Assembly (NCBI GenBank): GCA_051362555.1
Contig: CM120649.1
Coordinates: 13,578,001 to 13,642,000, forward strand
Direction: 5' to 3'
Length of the DNA: 64,000 nt
Source of the DNA: Lingula anatina
Taxonomy: Eukaryota; Animalia; Brachiopoda
Shown here: piece after piece, positions 37,505 through 50,766 of the stretch
How positions within the stretch are numbered: position 1 is the first letter of the stretch
How the letters are laid out: every line of letters begins with the position of its first letter
The notes under the pieces: model-generated
Told to the model about the DNA's origin: nothing
The model's input: the letters and a program-made list of their open reading frames with translations, nothing else
The model's database searches: none
Program-made: the position numbers and the translations under genes

Positions 37505-38240
37505 TAAGCCTCGGTCACAACCGGACGCACAAATTTCAGGATCGTACGTCCTTGCTATTTTTTGGGGTTGCAGAGGCCGTGGAGGTCGTAGAGGTAGAGG
37601 AAAGTCTTGCGAGTCGCAAGGGCCACCTGAGATGTCCTTTCAGGCAGGGATGCTAATTGCAAGGAGCGATGGCCGTGGAAATTGTGCATCAGTTTTGCTT
37701 CACACTTGCCTCACACGTTTGTGGTAAAGTGCTGACGGCGTACGTCAGTTTTGCTTCCTGTTCTCCTATTCTTTCTTCTTCCTCCTCCCTTTTTTGTACT
37801 ATGTAAGCTTCTTTTTCTTGCCTTTTGGAGGCATATTAGAAACTAAACTGAGCAAAAATTTGAAAATTTTGAAACTTGTTGTACACGTTACACAGTCGAC
37901 GTACATTGTAAAGACACGAGCGTGCGTCGTGAGCACGCCTTTTATACACCAGGCTTGGGGGTGACGCAAGTGCGACTCATTCCCGGTGTGCTCTCGACTT
38001 TGTTCGTTAGTTGTGAGGGCGTGCGCCTTACTCAACACGCAAAAGGCACTTGCTCCTTCATTGCTTGCGCCGTGCGTTTATCACAACGCGCGTCTCTCTT
38101 GCTAACTCCGTGCGAGGGGAGCAAGTTACGCTTGCGGCCTCGCTGTTCGCAGGCTATTCGTAGAATCTTTTGGACATGTCCAACATCCTCCGCACGTGCT
38201 TCTCGGCTGTCTTTCCTTGCTTTAAAAATTATCTGATATG
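37505..38240. mobile_element. GC-rich transposon fragment, possibly PIF/Harbinger-type
   Basis: Begins taAGCCTCGGTCACAACC and is rich in cgta/acg repeats. Holds a stop-interrupted minus-strand start MPPKGKKKKLT*. No matching second end was found. Confidence 0.35.
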
Positions 38241-39129
38241 GTATCTGAATCACCCTTTATCCATTAGGCAATTAGCGCTTACTTGACAAGAGACCACTTT
38301 TTGCTACTTATACAATAGCCCTCTTTTTGACTGCTATCTTCACCTGTCTGGCTGGAAAGACAGTCCAAGTTTGGACTGAATGTGTGTGGGGAGATAATTG
38401 CTTTGTCACTTCAGTTGAATTTAAACCAATTATAGTCTTACTCACTGGACTTTCAGTTCGTTTTTAGACTAAAGATTAAATTCAGAGTCTCTCCTAAGCT
38501 TTAAGATCGCCTCGGACTAGTTTTAGTCTTAAATTGCAATTTAAGACCAAATCAGGTCCACTAGTGAAAACAACTGTCACTTTTACTTTAAAACACCGTT
38601 TTTAATATTTGATAAAGTTAGTTACAGTATTGCTAAACAAAGTATCACGTTTTCAATAATTATATTTTAAATAACAATCCATGTCTTGCATCACGACGAC
38701 CAAACAACTACGTTGAGTAAATGACCAAAATACAACGTTGAGTCAACGTCACATTATGACGGTGTTTTGGCGTGGCTGGATCAACGTTGATTTTACGTTG
38801 AATTTAGGTAGATCAACGGCAATTCAACGTCCCAACCTGTTTTCAACGTTGATCCATTGTCACTATGCCTGCTGGGAAATGTGTCTAGCAAAGGTCTTCA
38901 GGCCCATTAGTCACACTTTAAGAAAAGCAGATAATAATAATGCACAAAATACATGTAGGAGACTGCCAATTCTGATGCAATAATACATTACGCTTAACTG
39001 CACAGTCAACATCAAATTTTAGTTATGCACAGCAGGTAACACCAATGAAAGTAAAAGCATAAGGCTTCAGGCCCATGAGAGTTCAAGTTCACACTTAGAA
39101 AGTACCAGAATGAGAAAAATGAAAATTTC

Positions 39130-39160
<31 letters not shown>

Positions 39161-39175
39161 TATATTGATCTACCT

Positions 39176-39730
39176 TATGGCACTTGCACCTGTAATGATA
39201 GAAGAAGGGATATTCAAGGCCCTGATTCAGTAAAGTAACGGGCACTACAGGCACAGATACAGACAGGTGAGTTGTTTACTACAAAGTCACTATGTTATAG
39301 AATTGTTAGCAGTGTAGAACATGGTTTTGATTTTATACTGATATGTAGTAACACGTCCCCAACATGAAACAACCGGATTGTTAAAAGTAAGTTCTATATG
39401 CTTATCCTTAGTCCAAGTGCAGTTTGTATTTGAAATGTGTATTTTTTCTATAATCATGGTTTACATAGCAATAACCATACCGATGCCAGAGCCATCGGTT
39501 AATGAATTAGTGGTCGTAATGCTATGTTTAATCATGTTAGGTTCGTTTTTACTATTGTGTAACATTGAAAGGTGGAACAATTGCCCGCCGTACATCACAT
39601 TTATTCTTTTCCTTTCAGTGATTGGTTTGAAGATGTTCTCAAAAGCCACTTAGGGACCTTCCACTAATGTCACTGAAAAAAATTTAGATGGCAAGATCAA
39701 TTACATTGAATTTTATCCTAATATGAAATA
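39176..39730 (+). pseudogene. 5'-truncated array copy 6 (last coding exon and fossil EF-hand exon only)
   Basis: YGTCTCNDRRRDIQGPDSVK* from about 39176, followed by the donor acag|gtgagt. The acceptor and upstream exons are replaced by unrelated DNA ending in a poly-A/(TA)n tract. Confidence 0.85.
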
Positions 39731-41375
39731 GGAAACATATATTTGGAGAGAATACAGCGTTGATTTGCTTTCTTTCCTTTTTGTTTTGTCATTTCTTATT
39801 CTTTCTACTTCGAATTATTCTAAGGGATGAATATCGTTCAATAAATACAGGTAGGCCAAAGTTTTCTGTATGTAGTCACTAAAATCAAAGGTCACGCTTC
39901 AGTACGTTTATTTTCAAGTTTATGCTAAAAATTGACTAAACATCGACTTTTTGGCGAGGAATATTAAATACCGTCGTTGCTCAAAACACACTTTCCCCAA
40001 GAAGAAACAATTGACTAAAAGAATGCATCAAAAATACCAGAAATACGCACAGAACCGCCTGTAGCCTCGATTTGTATTTCATTTTTCTTTTACCGTCTGT
40101 TCTTTACTAAAACAATTCGTAGACGGTCAATAATTGGGTAGAGTAGGAATCTTGATTCATCTGAGAAGACCACATGATACCTACGTAGGTTTCTGTTCTT
40201 TGTAGCCCAGCGCTACCTGTTTATTCACTGGTTTCGTGTTAACCTAGGCTTCTTGGCCATCCTTCTTGTCAAAGATACTGGTAAAAGTAGCTATACATAT
40301 TTTTATCCAATGCAGATACAGCAGTGTTTAAAAGGATTCCCGATGAGATATATGGCAAGATAATTTCACGTATAACGTCACGGCGATGACTGTTTACGGC
40401 AATTTTTCTATTGCCGTTTTGCGTGGGTTTTATCTGTTTCTAATCAAGCAGCACGTAACTACCTGCATTTTTAAGTAACGGCAAATTGTACAAACAAAGG
40501 AGACACATTTAATGCAGTTGACCTTCTGTCTATTGCAAACATAAATGTAAAGCAAACATTCTTTCCAAAGATCATCACAATGAATGTAGATCCAAACCCA
40601 GATACAGAAAAGCAGTTGTGTTTTTTAAGGACAGAGCGTTTTATCCATATTATTATAAACTCATCTATAGGTTTAGACAATGTTTTGTGGAATCCTAGGG
40701 GGGCATTTGAAAAGCCACTTAATGTCTATTTATGTGTGACAGCTCTATGCGGTAGCGAAAAACAAAAGTATGTACTAACTGGAATTTGCTGAAATAATTT
40801 CATGATTTCTTGCACAGGTAAATAAATTGCCCCCGTCACATCATTCTAGGTAGTCTAAGCGTATTGCACGGTGTCGCCAACAGAGTGACTTGTCCTTTTA
40901 TTTTCAAAGAGAATGTTTTATAGTGGTCTTAGCAGTTAGCAATGAATGTAAATGCTGGTGCTTCATCAAATCTTTTTTATAAACGTATCGTGATCATAGG
41001 TTTTTAATATGTGTAGGCTTTTGTGGTCAGGTCGATAACAAAAACATAGTCCATATGATAGCTTACACTTCATTTAGCCAATCCTTTGTTGTAAAAACGC
41101 ATGATAACGTTTCAACCACGAGATAAATGCATTTTAACGAGGGCCATGGAGCCTGTCCCTTGCAGGACTGAAATATCCCACAATGCAGTTCGCCGTGGCG
41201 AAATATCGTAGCTTTTTCGAATGTAATCTGCTGTTAAGTAAATTTTAGCGGAGGATGGGAAAGAAAACAGATAGTTAACCACTCTCAAACTTGATGTCAG
41301 ACAAGAGAATATCCCGAGAACGGACTTGTTATTCAATGGGCAGAATTGTAAAAAAAATAAATAAATAAAATAAAA

Positions 41376-41406
<31 letters not shown>

Positions 41407-42319
41407 AAACTTCATAATGGAAAGCTGTATCAAGAAACGATTGTTTGATATCGTATTTCACAATATCAGGAAAGATAGAGGGTTACAAATACAGGTACGT
41501 ATGCATATAGATAACACCCCAAAGACTTGGAACTGGTGAGTAGAAAAACAAAACACCCGGGAAAAAGAGTAGATGGATTTTTAAAGATATTTCTTACTTA
41601 TCATCCTATTTCGTCGGTAATATATCGAAGGAGAAACACGTGTTATATGGATAGTAGTCTTACTTAAAAAAATACCTAGCTGTATTCCGAAGACCATCAT
41701 TATCATTAAGCACTATGCATGATACAAATTTCGTAAAAAATTTACAAAATGCATGCTGGCAACCTGAATGGAGCATTTTTACTCATCAACGCAAATTAGG
41801 GGAAAAATGTTTTAAAACTGTTGCTATTTAGAGAAATGGTAGACATAGAGGCAGGTTTAAAACCCAGAATGTCCCTTGATTTCGCTCTGCGCTAGATAAA
41901 TGATTTCATCAACAACTACTAAAATTCAATAAGCAGCACACTGAATAGGTCACAGATTTTACCTGCCAGCCGAATTTTGCAGTTTCAAATGATTGTTTGC
42001 CAAGAAATGATAATGCAGATTTGGAGGAAGATCTTGACATCTCACAATAGACAAGAATTTCATTTGGGCATCAAATACATGCATACAATTCCATATTTGA
42101 GCCACTCCTCGTAATTGTACGATGTTCACGGAAAATTCTTAGGTATACTGTAATACGTACACCCACCTTTCATTCCACTAAAACATTCTATTGTTCAACC
42201 AAGGCACGTTAACATGTTCAACCGCCTACGTTGACATGTTCAAGTATCACAATAAGCGGCAACGTTTATGACCAACGCCTAAAACATCTGAACTCTTGAG
42301 TATACAAATGGAGCAGTTT

Positions 42320-42331
42320 AACCCCCCCCCC

Positions 42332-42390
<59 letters not shown>

Positions 42391-42420
42391 CACACACAAA
42401 AAAAAAAAAGAAAAAAATAC
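42320..42420 (+). repeat. Low-complexity poly-C / poly-A / (CA)n tract
   Basis: C run, about 43 A, (CA)n and more A. This explains the poly-K and poly-F ORFs. Confidence 0.9.
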
Positions 42421-42948
42421 AGTAAAGGCTCACAAATACGCGGTGAAAGTGAAAATGCAGCTGTGCATGGTGTGTAAGTGTGTAAGGAGTCTTTCAAATT
42501 AGAGAGAAGAGTTTCATTAGCTCTGTATGTATCAATATAAATTATTGTTTTTCTTTTTATCAAGAGCTTCTAAAATATGTAGGTATTACCTCCAATATTT
42601 CTGTGACTGTCAGTCACCATCATCAGGGAGTAAATGAGTAGGGTCATTTCACCTGGATGCAGAGGAGCCCCGGGGGGAGGATGTAACAGTTACAACACAA
42701 GGCAAGTGATTAGGGGCAATTGGCCTGGATTTTCATTCCAGGTGAAATGACAGTGACAATGTTCAAACCACCGTTTGTTTTTTACTTTGATGATTCATTG
42801 ATGTTATCAAGATATGATGGTAATTCCAGATATATATATATATATAGTATGATACAATATCTATCCATTTACCATCGGGGACCGTTCACCGTCGTGTTCA
42901 GCTGGCCTGCCATTTTTAACTCAGCAAAATACAAGTTTCCAAGGAATT

Positions 42949-43834
42949 ATGGTGAGACAAATCTATCAAAACAAACTGCTAACTTTTACCAACGACGTTG
43001 TAATGTACAGGTAAAATGGATATCAGAGTGTATATATTTATACTATTGTTCTTTGTTAAAAAGAATTGCATATAGTGAAGTTAACTGCAACTGCCTTTGC
43101 GTGTTTCCAATAATAATCTTAATAGTAATGATTGTGATGAACAGCGCACTACGTTTTATCTTATTTATGTCAAAGGTGAAGAAAATAACTGCCGTGTTTG
43201 CACATTTTGTCACTACATTGTGCTTGCTTGCTTTGTTGATGGAGGACACCACAGCAGTATGCTGCCACAGGAAATATGGATATTGTCCGGACTGCAGTCT
43301 GGTACGGTTTATTTGTAACCTGTCTGTCATCTTAAGCAATTTGTTTGGATTTTAATTTAAGCAAATCAAACGTTGCCGTGAATATGAATTATAAATATAA
43401 ACGAAAAGAGAGGACGAAAATCCCAAAAGTTTAATTTACTTCAGAGTTGGGGTTACTGTGGCAAAGGGAGTTGCAATGTCTTTGGCTGTGCATGTGAGGG
43501 CGGGTGCAAGGAGAGCTGTAACCCGACTTTTCCGTAAGTTCCATCAGCTCCTTTTACAAAAATGGGTGATGATTATAACACTAAGCTTTGTGAAATAAAA
43601 CATAGTACGAAATGTTCTCAAATGAAGATTTTAATAGCAATGAACTTTATTTATTTTCTGTGATCATGTGTGGTTCTTAAGCACGATTTTGATTTAGGTT
43701 TACATGGTTTGTTTAAATCTATTTTTGTCACCTTTGCGAAATATTGTCTATGCTGAGATACTTTGAATTTCAGGGAACCGGAATTCAGCTGTACCTGTAA
43801 TGACAGAAGAAGGGATCTCAAAGTCTCTGATTAA
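42949..43834 (+). CDS. Diedel-like secreted 12-Cys peptide precursor, copy 7 (92 aa)
   Basis: ATG 42949-42951, then exons 43176-43301, 43445-43533, 43774-43834. MVKKITAVFAHFVTTLCLLALLMEDTTA/VCCHRKYGYCPDCSLSWGYCGKGSCNVFGCACEGGCKESCNPTFPEPEFSCTCND-RRR-DLKVSD*. Confidence 0.87.
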
Positions 43835-46800
43835 GACATTAGACCCATAGCTTCGGACAGGTGAGTATTGGCTACGATGCAGATTTTAGAGTTATTTTCT
43901 ACCTACGTCCAATTTTGCATGTCACACAAACGTTAGCAGTGTAGAACATAGTTTTGATATGTCCACTTTTTACTGAAGTGTAGTAATGCGTCTCCAATTT
44001 TAAGCAACTTAATTGTTTAAAGTATTGTATGTAAACCCTTAGCTCTTCCGTTCCATGCGTTTTGTATTTGAAATGTTTAAGGCTTTTTAATGCATGGTTT
44101 ACATACCGATAACTGTTCCAGTGCTAGATCCATCTGCTAATGAATTAGTGGTTTTAGCGTTATGTTATGTATAATCATGTTAGGTTCGTTTTTACTATTG
44201 TGCAGCATTGAAAGGTGGAGCAATACCCGCTTTGCACCACATTTATTGTTTTAATTTCAGTGATTGGTTTTAAGATGTTCTCAAAAGCCACCGAAAACCT
44301 TCCACTGATGTCACTGATGAGAATTTAGATGTCACGATCAATACCATTCAGTTCTATCCTGATATGAAATAGAAACTTATTTATGGAGAGTATACACAGT
44401 GTTGAATTATTGCCTTTCCTTTTCCTTTTGTTATTTCTTATCCTTTCAACTTCCAATTATTTTATTGGATAAATATCGTTCAAGAAATTAAGATGGACCA
44501 ACGTTATCGGTTTGTAGTCACTAAAAGCAAATGTCACGCTTCAGCACGTTTATTTTCAAGTTTATGCTTAACATTTACTGCACACTATTTTGGCGAGGAA
44601 TGTAAAATACCGTTGCTCAGAACGATGGACTTTGTTACAAATGTGAGTTTTTTTCATTGTATAGTAATATCACTGCAGGTACAGAAGATTAACCACTAGG
44701 CAATTAAAATTAAGTTCCAATCAATTTCAAAATTCAACTTTCACTTCTTTATTGAGACTAGAGTACAATTTTCACATCTATTAACATGTATATGTATATG
44801 TAACCCCTATTTCCACGATAAAAGGCACACTACGGGGCGGCCTGGGCATGCTGTTCACAAATGTTTGCAATCTTTGCTAGGGGATTCTTTCAAACCACAG
44901 AGTAAAAGCTTGTCTCATCTGTTGTGGAATTTCTGGGCGTGCGTTTCTCCGTAGACGGCACTCCCCATTTTGTCCCGAAGGTCATTTATTGCTGTGGAAA
45001 AGACAGAATCTAAAACATTAACGTTAAAATAGCTTTAAAACATAACATTATTGAAAAACTAAATATTCGAATTTTAATGCACTGTGTACATTGACAGTCC
45101 TTGTAAATTGCATTACAACTCAGCAAAAACGGGAAAAGGCAGTTATACAATCTCTTATCCAATCAAGATACCGTATCGTTTAAACGAATTTTAAATGAGA
45201 TGTTTGGCAAGAGAATTATACCTGTGTCGTCATGGTAATGTATGTTTTATCGCAGTCTTTGTATTGTAGTGTTGGGTACCGTCTGTCTCATCACGCAGCA
45301 CGTAACTACCTGCGTTTTTAGATAACGGCAAATTGTACAAACAAAGGAGATATATTTAATGCAGTTGACATTCTGTCTGTTGTAAACGTACATCAAAAGC
45401 AAACACTTTTTCCAAACATCGATCATCACAATGGACGTTGATCCAAACCCATATCAAAAAGCATTTTTGCTTTTTAAGGACAGAGAGTTTTATATATTTC
45501 ATGATGAACTTATCTATAGTTAATGACAATGTTTTGTGTAATCCTACTGTGACGTATGAAAAGTTCTTGCCCATTATAATATAGTCACCAAATATACATT
45601 TATGTATGACAGCTCTATGCTGTATCTGACGGACATGAGACAAAGAAGTGTTGAGTTGATGCCATACAGAACTGACATGACACGCCCACAGCCTCCTTCA
45701 CATTGTATTAAATAACGAGAAATTGTAGGAACAATATAATATCTTCCCGCACAGATAATAAAATCAGCCCCGTGACGTCATCAGTCACCAATCCGCAGTG
45801 TGGCTCTGACAGAGTGACTTAAAAGAATTCTCAAAGAGAATAGTTTAAAATGTTCTGAGTAAATAGAAGTGGATGAAGTGCTACGTCAAATAGTTTTGAT
45901 AAACATGTTGTGACCGTATGTTTTAATGTGATACAGGCTAACCGTGGTCAGGTAGATAAAGGGACAATGTTCATGTATTTAAAGAGTTAGTTCGGTTAAA
46001 CAAAGACATGTCTATAGTATAGTTTACACTTTATAAAACCACTCATTTGTTATAAAAACGCATGATAATGTTTCAACAACGAAATAAATGCATTTAAACG
46101 AGGCCCAAGAGCGAACCACGGAGCATGCCACTTGAAGAAATGAAATATCCCGCAATCCAGTCCGCAGAGTTGTGCTTATGAACATTTGGCTACATAAATG
46201 CAATTTAACCAAATTTATATTTTCCTTTCAAAAAGCCTTCTTTAGTCTTTCTGCTGAACTGAATTATTCACCTATGTTCTTTTGAAATATATTTTTATTT
46301 ATTAAGATTTCCAACATGGCCATCAGTAACCTTGAGGGTGCAGGTATGATTTTTTACTGCAATTATATGAAACAAAGCAAGAAAAGAATAAAATTCCAAA
46401 ACTTGCACAGTCAATATTACAATCAAGAATCGACATTCTTGACTACTGTCACGGAAACACTTGTCCATATTTAATTGCAAAATTTAGAATTTAGACTTTA
46501 AGATAGCAGACGCAATGTTTTGGTTGTAGTTATTTTCAATGACGTATGTTTTTTATTTTATGGAAAGCTAATTAAATTTTGCGGCTTCCTCTAAGACTAA
46601 GTTTTTGTCAAAATCCAAGATGGCCCCCATCCATATGAATAAATGGAATATAACATTTACATTTATATGCCATAATTCAGCTTCAAACTGAAGTAAATTA
46701 ATGTCCTCAATTTGGAAAAGTCGAAATGTCTACTATCTGCAATTGAATAAATATGATAAATTTATGTAATAATTTACGTAAAATATAATCCTAGAAATCC

Positions 46801-49566
46801 AAAATCACCATCAACCATAATTTCAACCATTTTAACATGTAAAAATCAAAATATTTGTAGACCATCTTGAGTGATTAGAAATGTTCAAGATCTTTGCTTT
46901 CTATTATTCACTACATAGAAAGATTATAATAATAACAAAAGAAAAAAGATAGAAAAAAAGCATTTAGGACATTGACATTCATTGAGAGGCCGTTAAAGGA
47001 TTGCACGGTTTTCCTTTCATGTAGGTCCGCCATATGTAGGTCTCGACCTTGCTAGACCTCACCTCTTCTCGATGTGAATGCCCTCTTTGAGCACAATGTT
47101 CATTGTCAGTCTTTGTTAACCATTTGTCTTACAACTCAGTAAATATTGGTATAGTTATAGTCATACAGTCTCTTTTCCAACACAGATACCAAATCGTTTA
47201 AATGGACTTTGGATGAGATGTATGACAGGAGAATTTTACGTGTATGATCACGTCAATGAATGTTTTACAGCAAAGTTTGTAGTCCCCTTTTGGTTGGGCA
47301 CCGTCTGTTTTAATCAAGCAGCACGTAACTACCTGCATTTTTAGATAATGGAAAATTGTACAAACAAAGGAGATACATTGAATGCAGTTGACCTGCTGTC
47401 TATTGCAAACCTTAATGAAAAGCACACATTTTTTTCCGGACGTAATCATAATGAATGTAGATCCAAACCCAGATGCAGAAAAGCAGTTGTGTTTTTTAAG
47501 GACAGAGCGTTTCATCCATATTATTATAAAATTATCTATAGTAGTAGACAGTGTTTTGTGGAATCCTACTGAGACATTTGAAAAGCCACTAAATATCCAT
47601 TTATGTGTGACAGCTCTATGCGGTAGCTGCTGGAGGACACGAGACAGGAGTGTTGAGTTGATCCCAAATGAAACTTAAACCGACATAACACGGTTACAGC
47701 CCCGATTTCATACTGTATGTACTAAAGGGAATTTGCTGGAAAAATGTCATGATTTCAGAAGAGTAGATGAATTATTATAGATCTATTTTATCTCTTATCA
47801 TATTTTGTCGGTAATATATCAAAAGAGAAACACGTGTTATATGAATAGTAGTCGTACTTCAAAAATACCTAGCTGCATTGCAAAGACCATCATCATCATT
47901 AAACACTACGCATGATACAAATTCCTTTAAAAAACGACAAAATATGTGCTGGCACCCTAAATGGCATATTTTTTACTCATCAGTGCATATTAGGGAAACA
48001 TTTCCGAAAACTGTTTCTCTTTCGAGAAATGATAGACACAGAGGCAGGTTAAAATAACCCAATGTCTCTTGATCTCACTCGGCGCTTGATACATTGAATA
48101 GGTCTTGGATTTTACTTTGCCAGACGAATTTTACAGTTGTCAATGCTTGTTTGCCAAGAAATCATAATGAAGTTTTGGAGGAAGATCTTGACATCTCACA
48201 ATAAACGCCAGTTTCATTTGGGCATCGGGCATCAAATTAATGCATAGTTTTAATTCATATTTGATACGCACCTCATAATTTTACGCTGAGCACGGAATCT
48301 TGTTAGGTAAACAGTATTACTGTTATACATACACTCACCTTTCATTCAACTAAACCATTCTAGATCTATTGTTCAACCAAGACAAGTGAACACGTTCAGC
48401 CGCCTTCTTTCAAATGCCCAAGTATCACAATAAGCGGTAACATTTATGACCAACGCCAAAAACATCTAAACTCCTGAGTATACAAATGGAGCAGTTACCC
48501 TAAAAACTTTACAGTAAAGGCTCACAAGCACATTTTCGTCGTGAAAGTAAAATGCAGCTGTGCATGGTGTGTAAGAGAGTTGCATTTTCACTATGCATGA
48601 ATTTAAATGTTTCTTCGGCCAATAATGTGCACATTTGTGCATTGAAATTATTTTTGTAAACACCGGTAACAGAACCCAGTTGTCTCTGGTAGAGAGTAGA
48701 AAGGAGGAGTCTCTCAAACCTGCAAAGGAATCCCTAATACATTAAAATATGTTTGAAAGGTCCCATCTAGGTTTAGACTAATGTTTGATTGAATCATTTA
48801 AATGACAGAAAAAGCGGGTTATACTAATACAACAATCAATTTTTCACAGTTCGTAAGCTTTCCCCGGTATCTGTTAGCACAACTGTTACACGTTTTTAAA
48901 AAAATTCCATATTAGCATTGGGAAATCTTATCACACAAATGGATTTTGACAAATTTTAAAGCGATTACATTTCACTTGGTAATAGAAGGAAATCAGTTAC
49001 TTACATCTTAATTCCAATGTTAACCAAATATGTTAAAAGTGACCTTAGTTTTACGTGGTGATATTGATGATTTTGATGCAATTGAATCTGTGCACCTTGT
49101 ATATTGCATTTCAGTTAAGAATCAAATCTATACATGACGATACATTTGATAAGGTGATTACCAATTAACTTTTTCTATTTCATTGAGTTCAACTATCTGG
49201 TCTCTAAGACCACGGGCGGGTGGTCCTAGCTCAGTGATGTCATCAAAATATGATGGTACTTCCATACAGTTATATATAGTATGATACAATATCTATCCAT
49301 TTGTCACCGAGAACAGCTCACCGTTGTGTTCAGCTGGCTTACTCTTCTTAACTCAGCAAAGTTTCCAAGGTATTTTGGTGAGACAAATCTATCTAAACTA
49401 ATCCATAACTAAGTGCTAATGTAGAAGTACAATTGATTTCAGAACGTACGTATTTATGTTTTTTTTTTTTTGTAAAAAAGAGGTTACTGCAGTTGCTTCA
49501 TTCTGGTTCAACGAATGGTTAAGCTGTTTACATTGTACGTTTTGTTTTGTTCCAAAAGCGACGAAA

Positions 49567-49809
49567 ATGACTGTCGCATTTGTAGTCTTTGTTGCCACAG
49601 TCTGCTTGGTTACTTTGTTAACAGAAGACACCAAGGCAGTATGCTGCCGCAGGGAATATGGTTTTTGTCCGGATTGCAGCACGGTAAGGTTTATTTGTAA
49701 CCTGAAAGTAATCTTAAGCATTTTTACTTTTTAATAAAAGGCGATCAAATGTTGCCGTGAACATGAATTGTACAAAAAAGTAATAATAAATCAATTAATA
49801 ATAATAATG

Positions 49810-49841
<32 letters not shown>

Positions 49842-50204
49842 CGATGGAGCGAAAATACCAAAAGTTTCCATTTACTTTAGATGTATACCTACTGTGGCAA
49901 AGGCGGTTGCAATATTTTTGGCTGTGCATGTGAGGGCGGGTGCAAGGAGAGCTGTAACCCGACTCTTTCGTAAGTTCCACTAGCTCCTATCACAAAAACT
50001 GGAGATGATTATGAAACCAAACTTTGTTAAATAAGTGATAATATGTACGTAAAACACACTTCTTTCTGTGGTCGCGTGTGGTTCTAAAATACCACCAGTG
50101 AGCAATACTCCATATTAGGCGATACTTTTTTCAGGTATACAGGTTGCACATGTAATAATGGAAGGAGGGAACTCAAAGGCCCTGATTCCAGAAATACCGC
50201 TTAA
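49567..50204 (+). CDS. Diedel-like secreted 12-Cys peptide precursor, copy 8 (91 aa)
   Basis: Exons 49567-49683, 49881-49969, 50135-50204. MTVAFVVFVATVCLVTLLTEDTKA/VCCRREYGFCPDCSTMYTYCGKGGCNIFGCACEGGCKESCNPTLSYTGCTCNN-GRR-ELKGPDSRNTA*. Confidence 0.87.
49790..49840 (+). repeat. (AAT)n microsatellite in an intron of copy 8
   Basis: Imperfect AAT array. Confidence 0.85.
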
Positions 50205-50446
50205 GACATGAGGGACATAGCTACGGAAAGGTGAGGTATTTACTAAGATGCAGGATTTGGAGTCATTATCTACCTACATGGGTATGACAGAGAAACGTTA
50301 GAAGTGTAGAACATGGTATTGATATGACCACTTTTTTACTGATATGTATCAACGCGTCCCCAACATGAAGCAACTGGATTACTTTTTTTTTCTATAATGA
50401 TGTTTCACATTGTGATAACCATACCGAAGTCAGAACCATCGGTTAA

Positions 50447-50766
50447 AGAGATAATAACTCTTCGTTTCTGCCAAAAAAGAATTTTCCTGGCGTAAACAAC
50501 AATTTTCCCATACTTACCAATGGTTATTGAATCCATTTTTACATTCAAAGTTAGTCCCCGTTTTTTTCTAAAAAGTTTGGATTTTTGTTAAAATCTCTTT
50601 AGAGATTTCTAACAGAGTATAGCCATCAATGGAGGTCACGCGGCTCAGATATCAGAATAACAGCTATAACTGCCGTTTTTGCGGTAAAATAGAATATATT
50701 TCTAAGAGTTATTCACATGAGTTTTTATTGTGAAATATAGATCTCATACGAAGGGTTATTATCCCC
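50447..50766. mobile_element. Kolobok-like MITE (320 bp) in the last intron of copy 8
   Basis: TTAA|AGAGATAATAAC ... GTTATTATCCCC|TTAA. The empty site ccatcggttaatgaatta is in copies 3 and 6. Confidence 0.9.

Larger units (their letters stand above)
33503..38876. mobile_element. EnSpm/CMC-like element ends bracketing a nested transposon cluster
   Basis: CCCAGCGGGCA at 33503 and TGCCTGCTGGG ending at 38876, each with arrays of subterminal (C)AACGTTG repeats. The TSD is not clearly resolved, so the two ends may belong to different copies. Confidence 0.55.

Noticed and set aside
38700-38860. Short spaced AACGTTG repeats resembling a CRISPR-like array (also 33540-33590 and 8510-8650)
   Set aside because: The repeats are only 6-8 nt, irregularly spaced and next to transposon-like termini in eukaryotic DNA, so they are subterminal repeats
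42296-42563. Poly-Lys and poly-Phe ORFs
   Set aside because: Homopolymer and microsatellite artefact
42720-43355. Longest ORF in the track (211 aa), and similar ORFs at 24684-25094 and 49456-49734
   Set aside because: Chance read-through of promoter and intron into the real signal-peptide exon. Paralogs have stops in the homologous introns.
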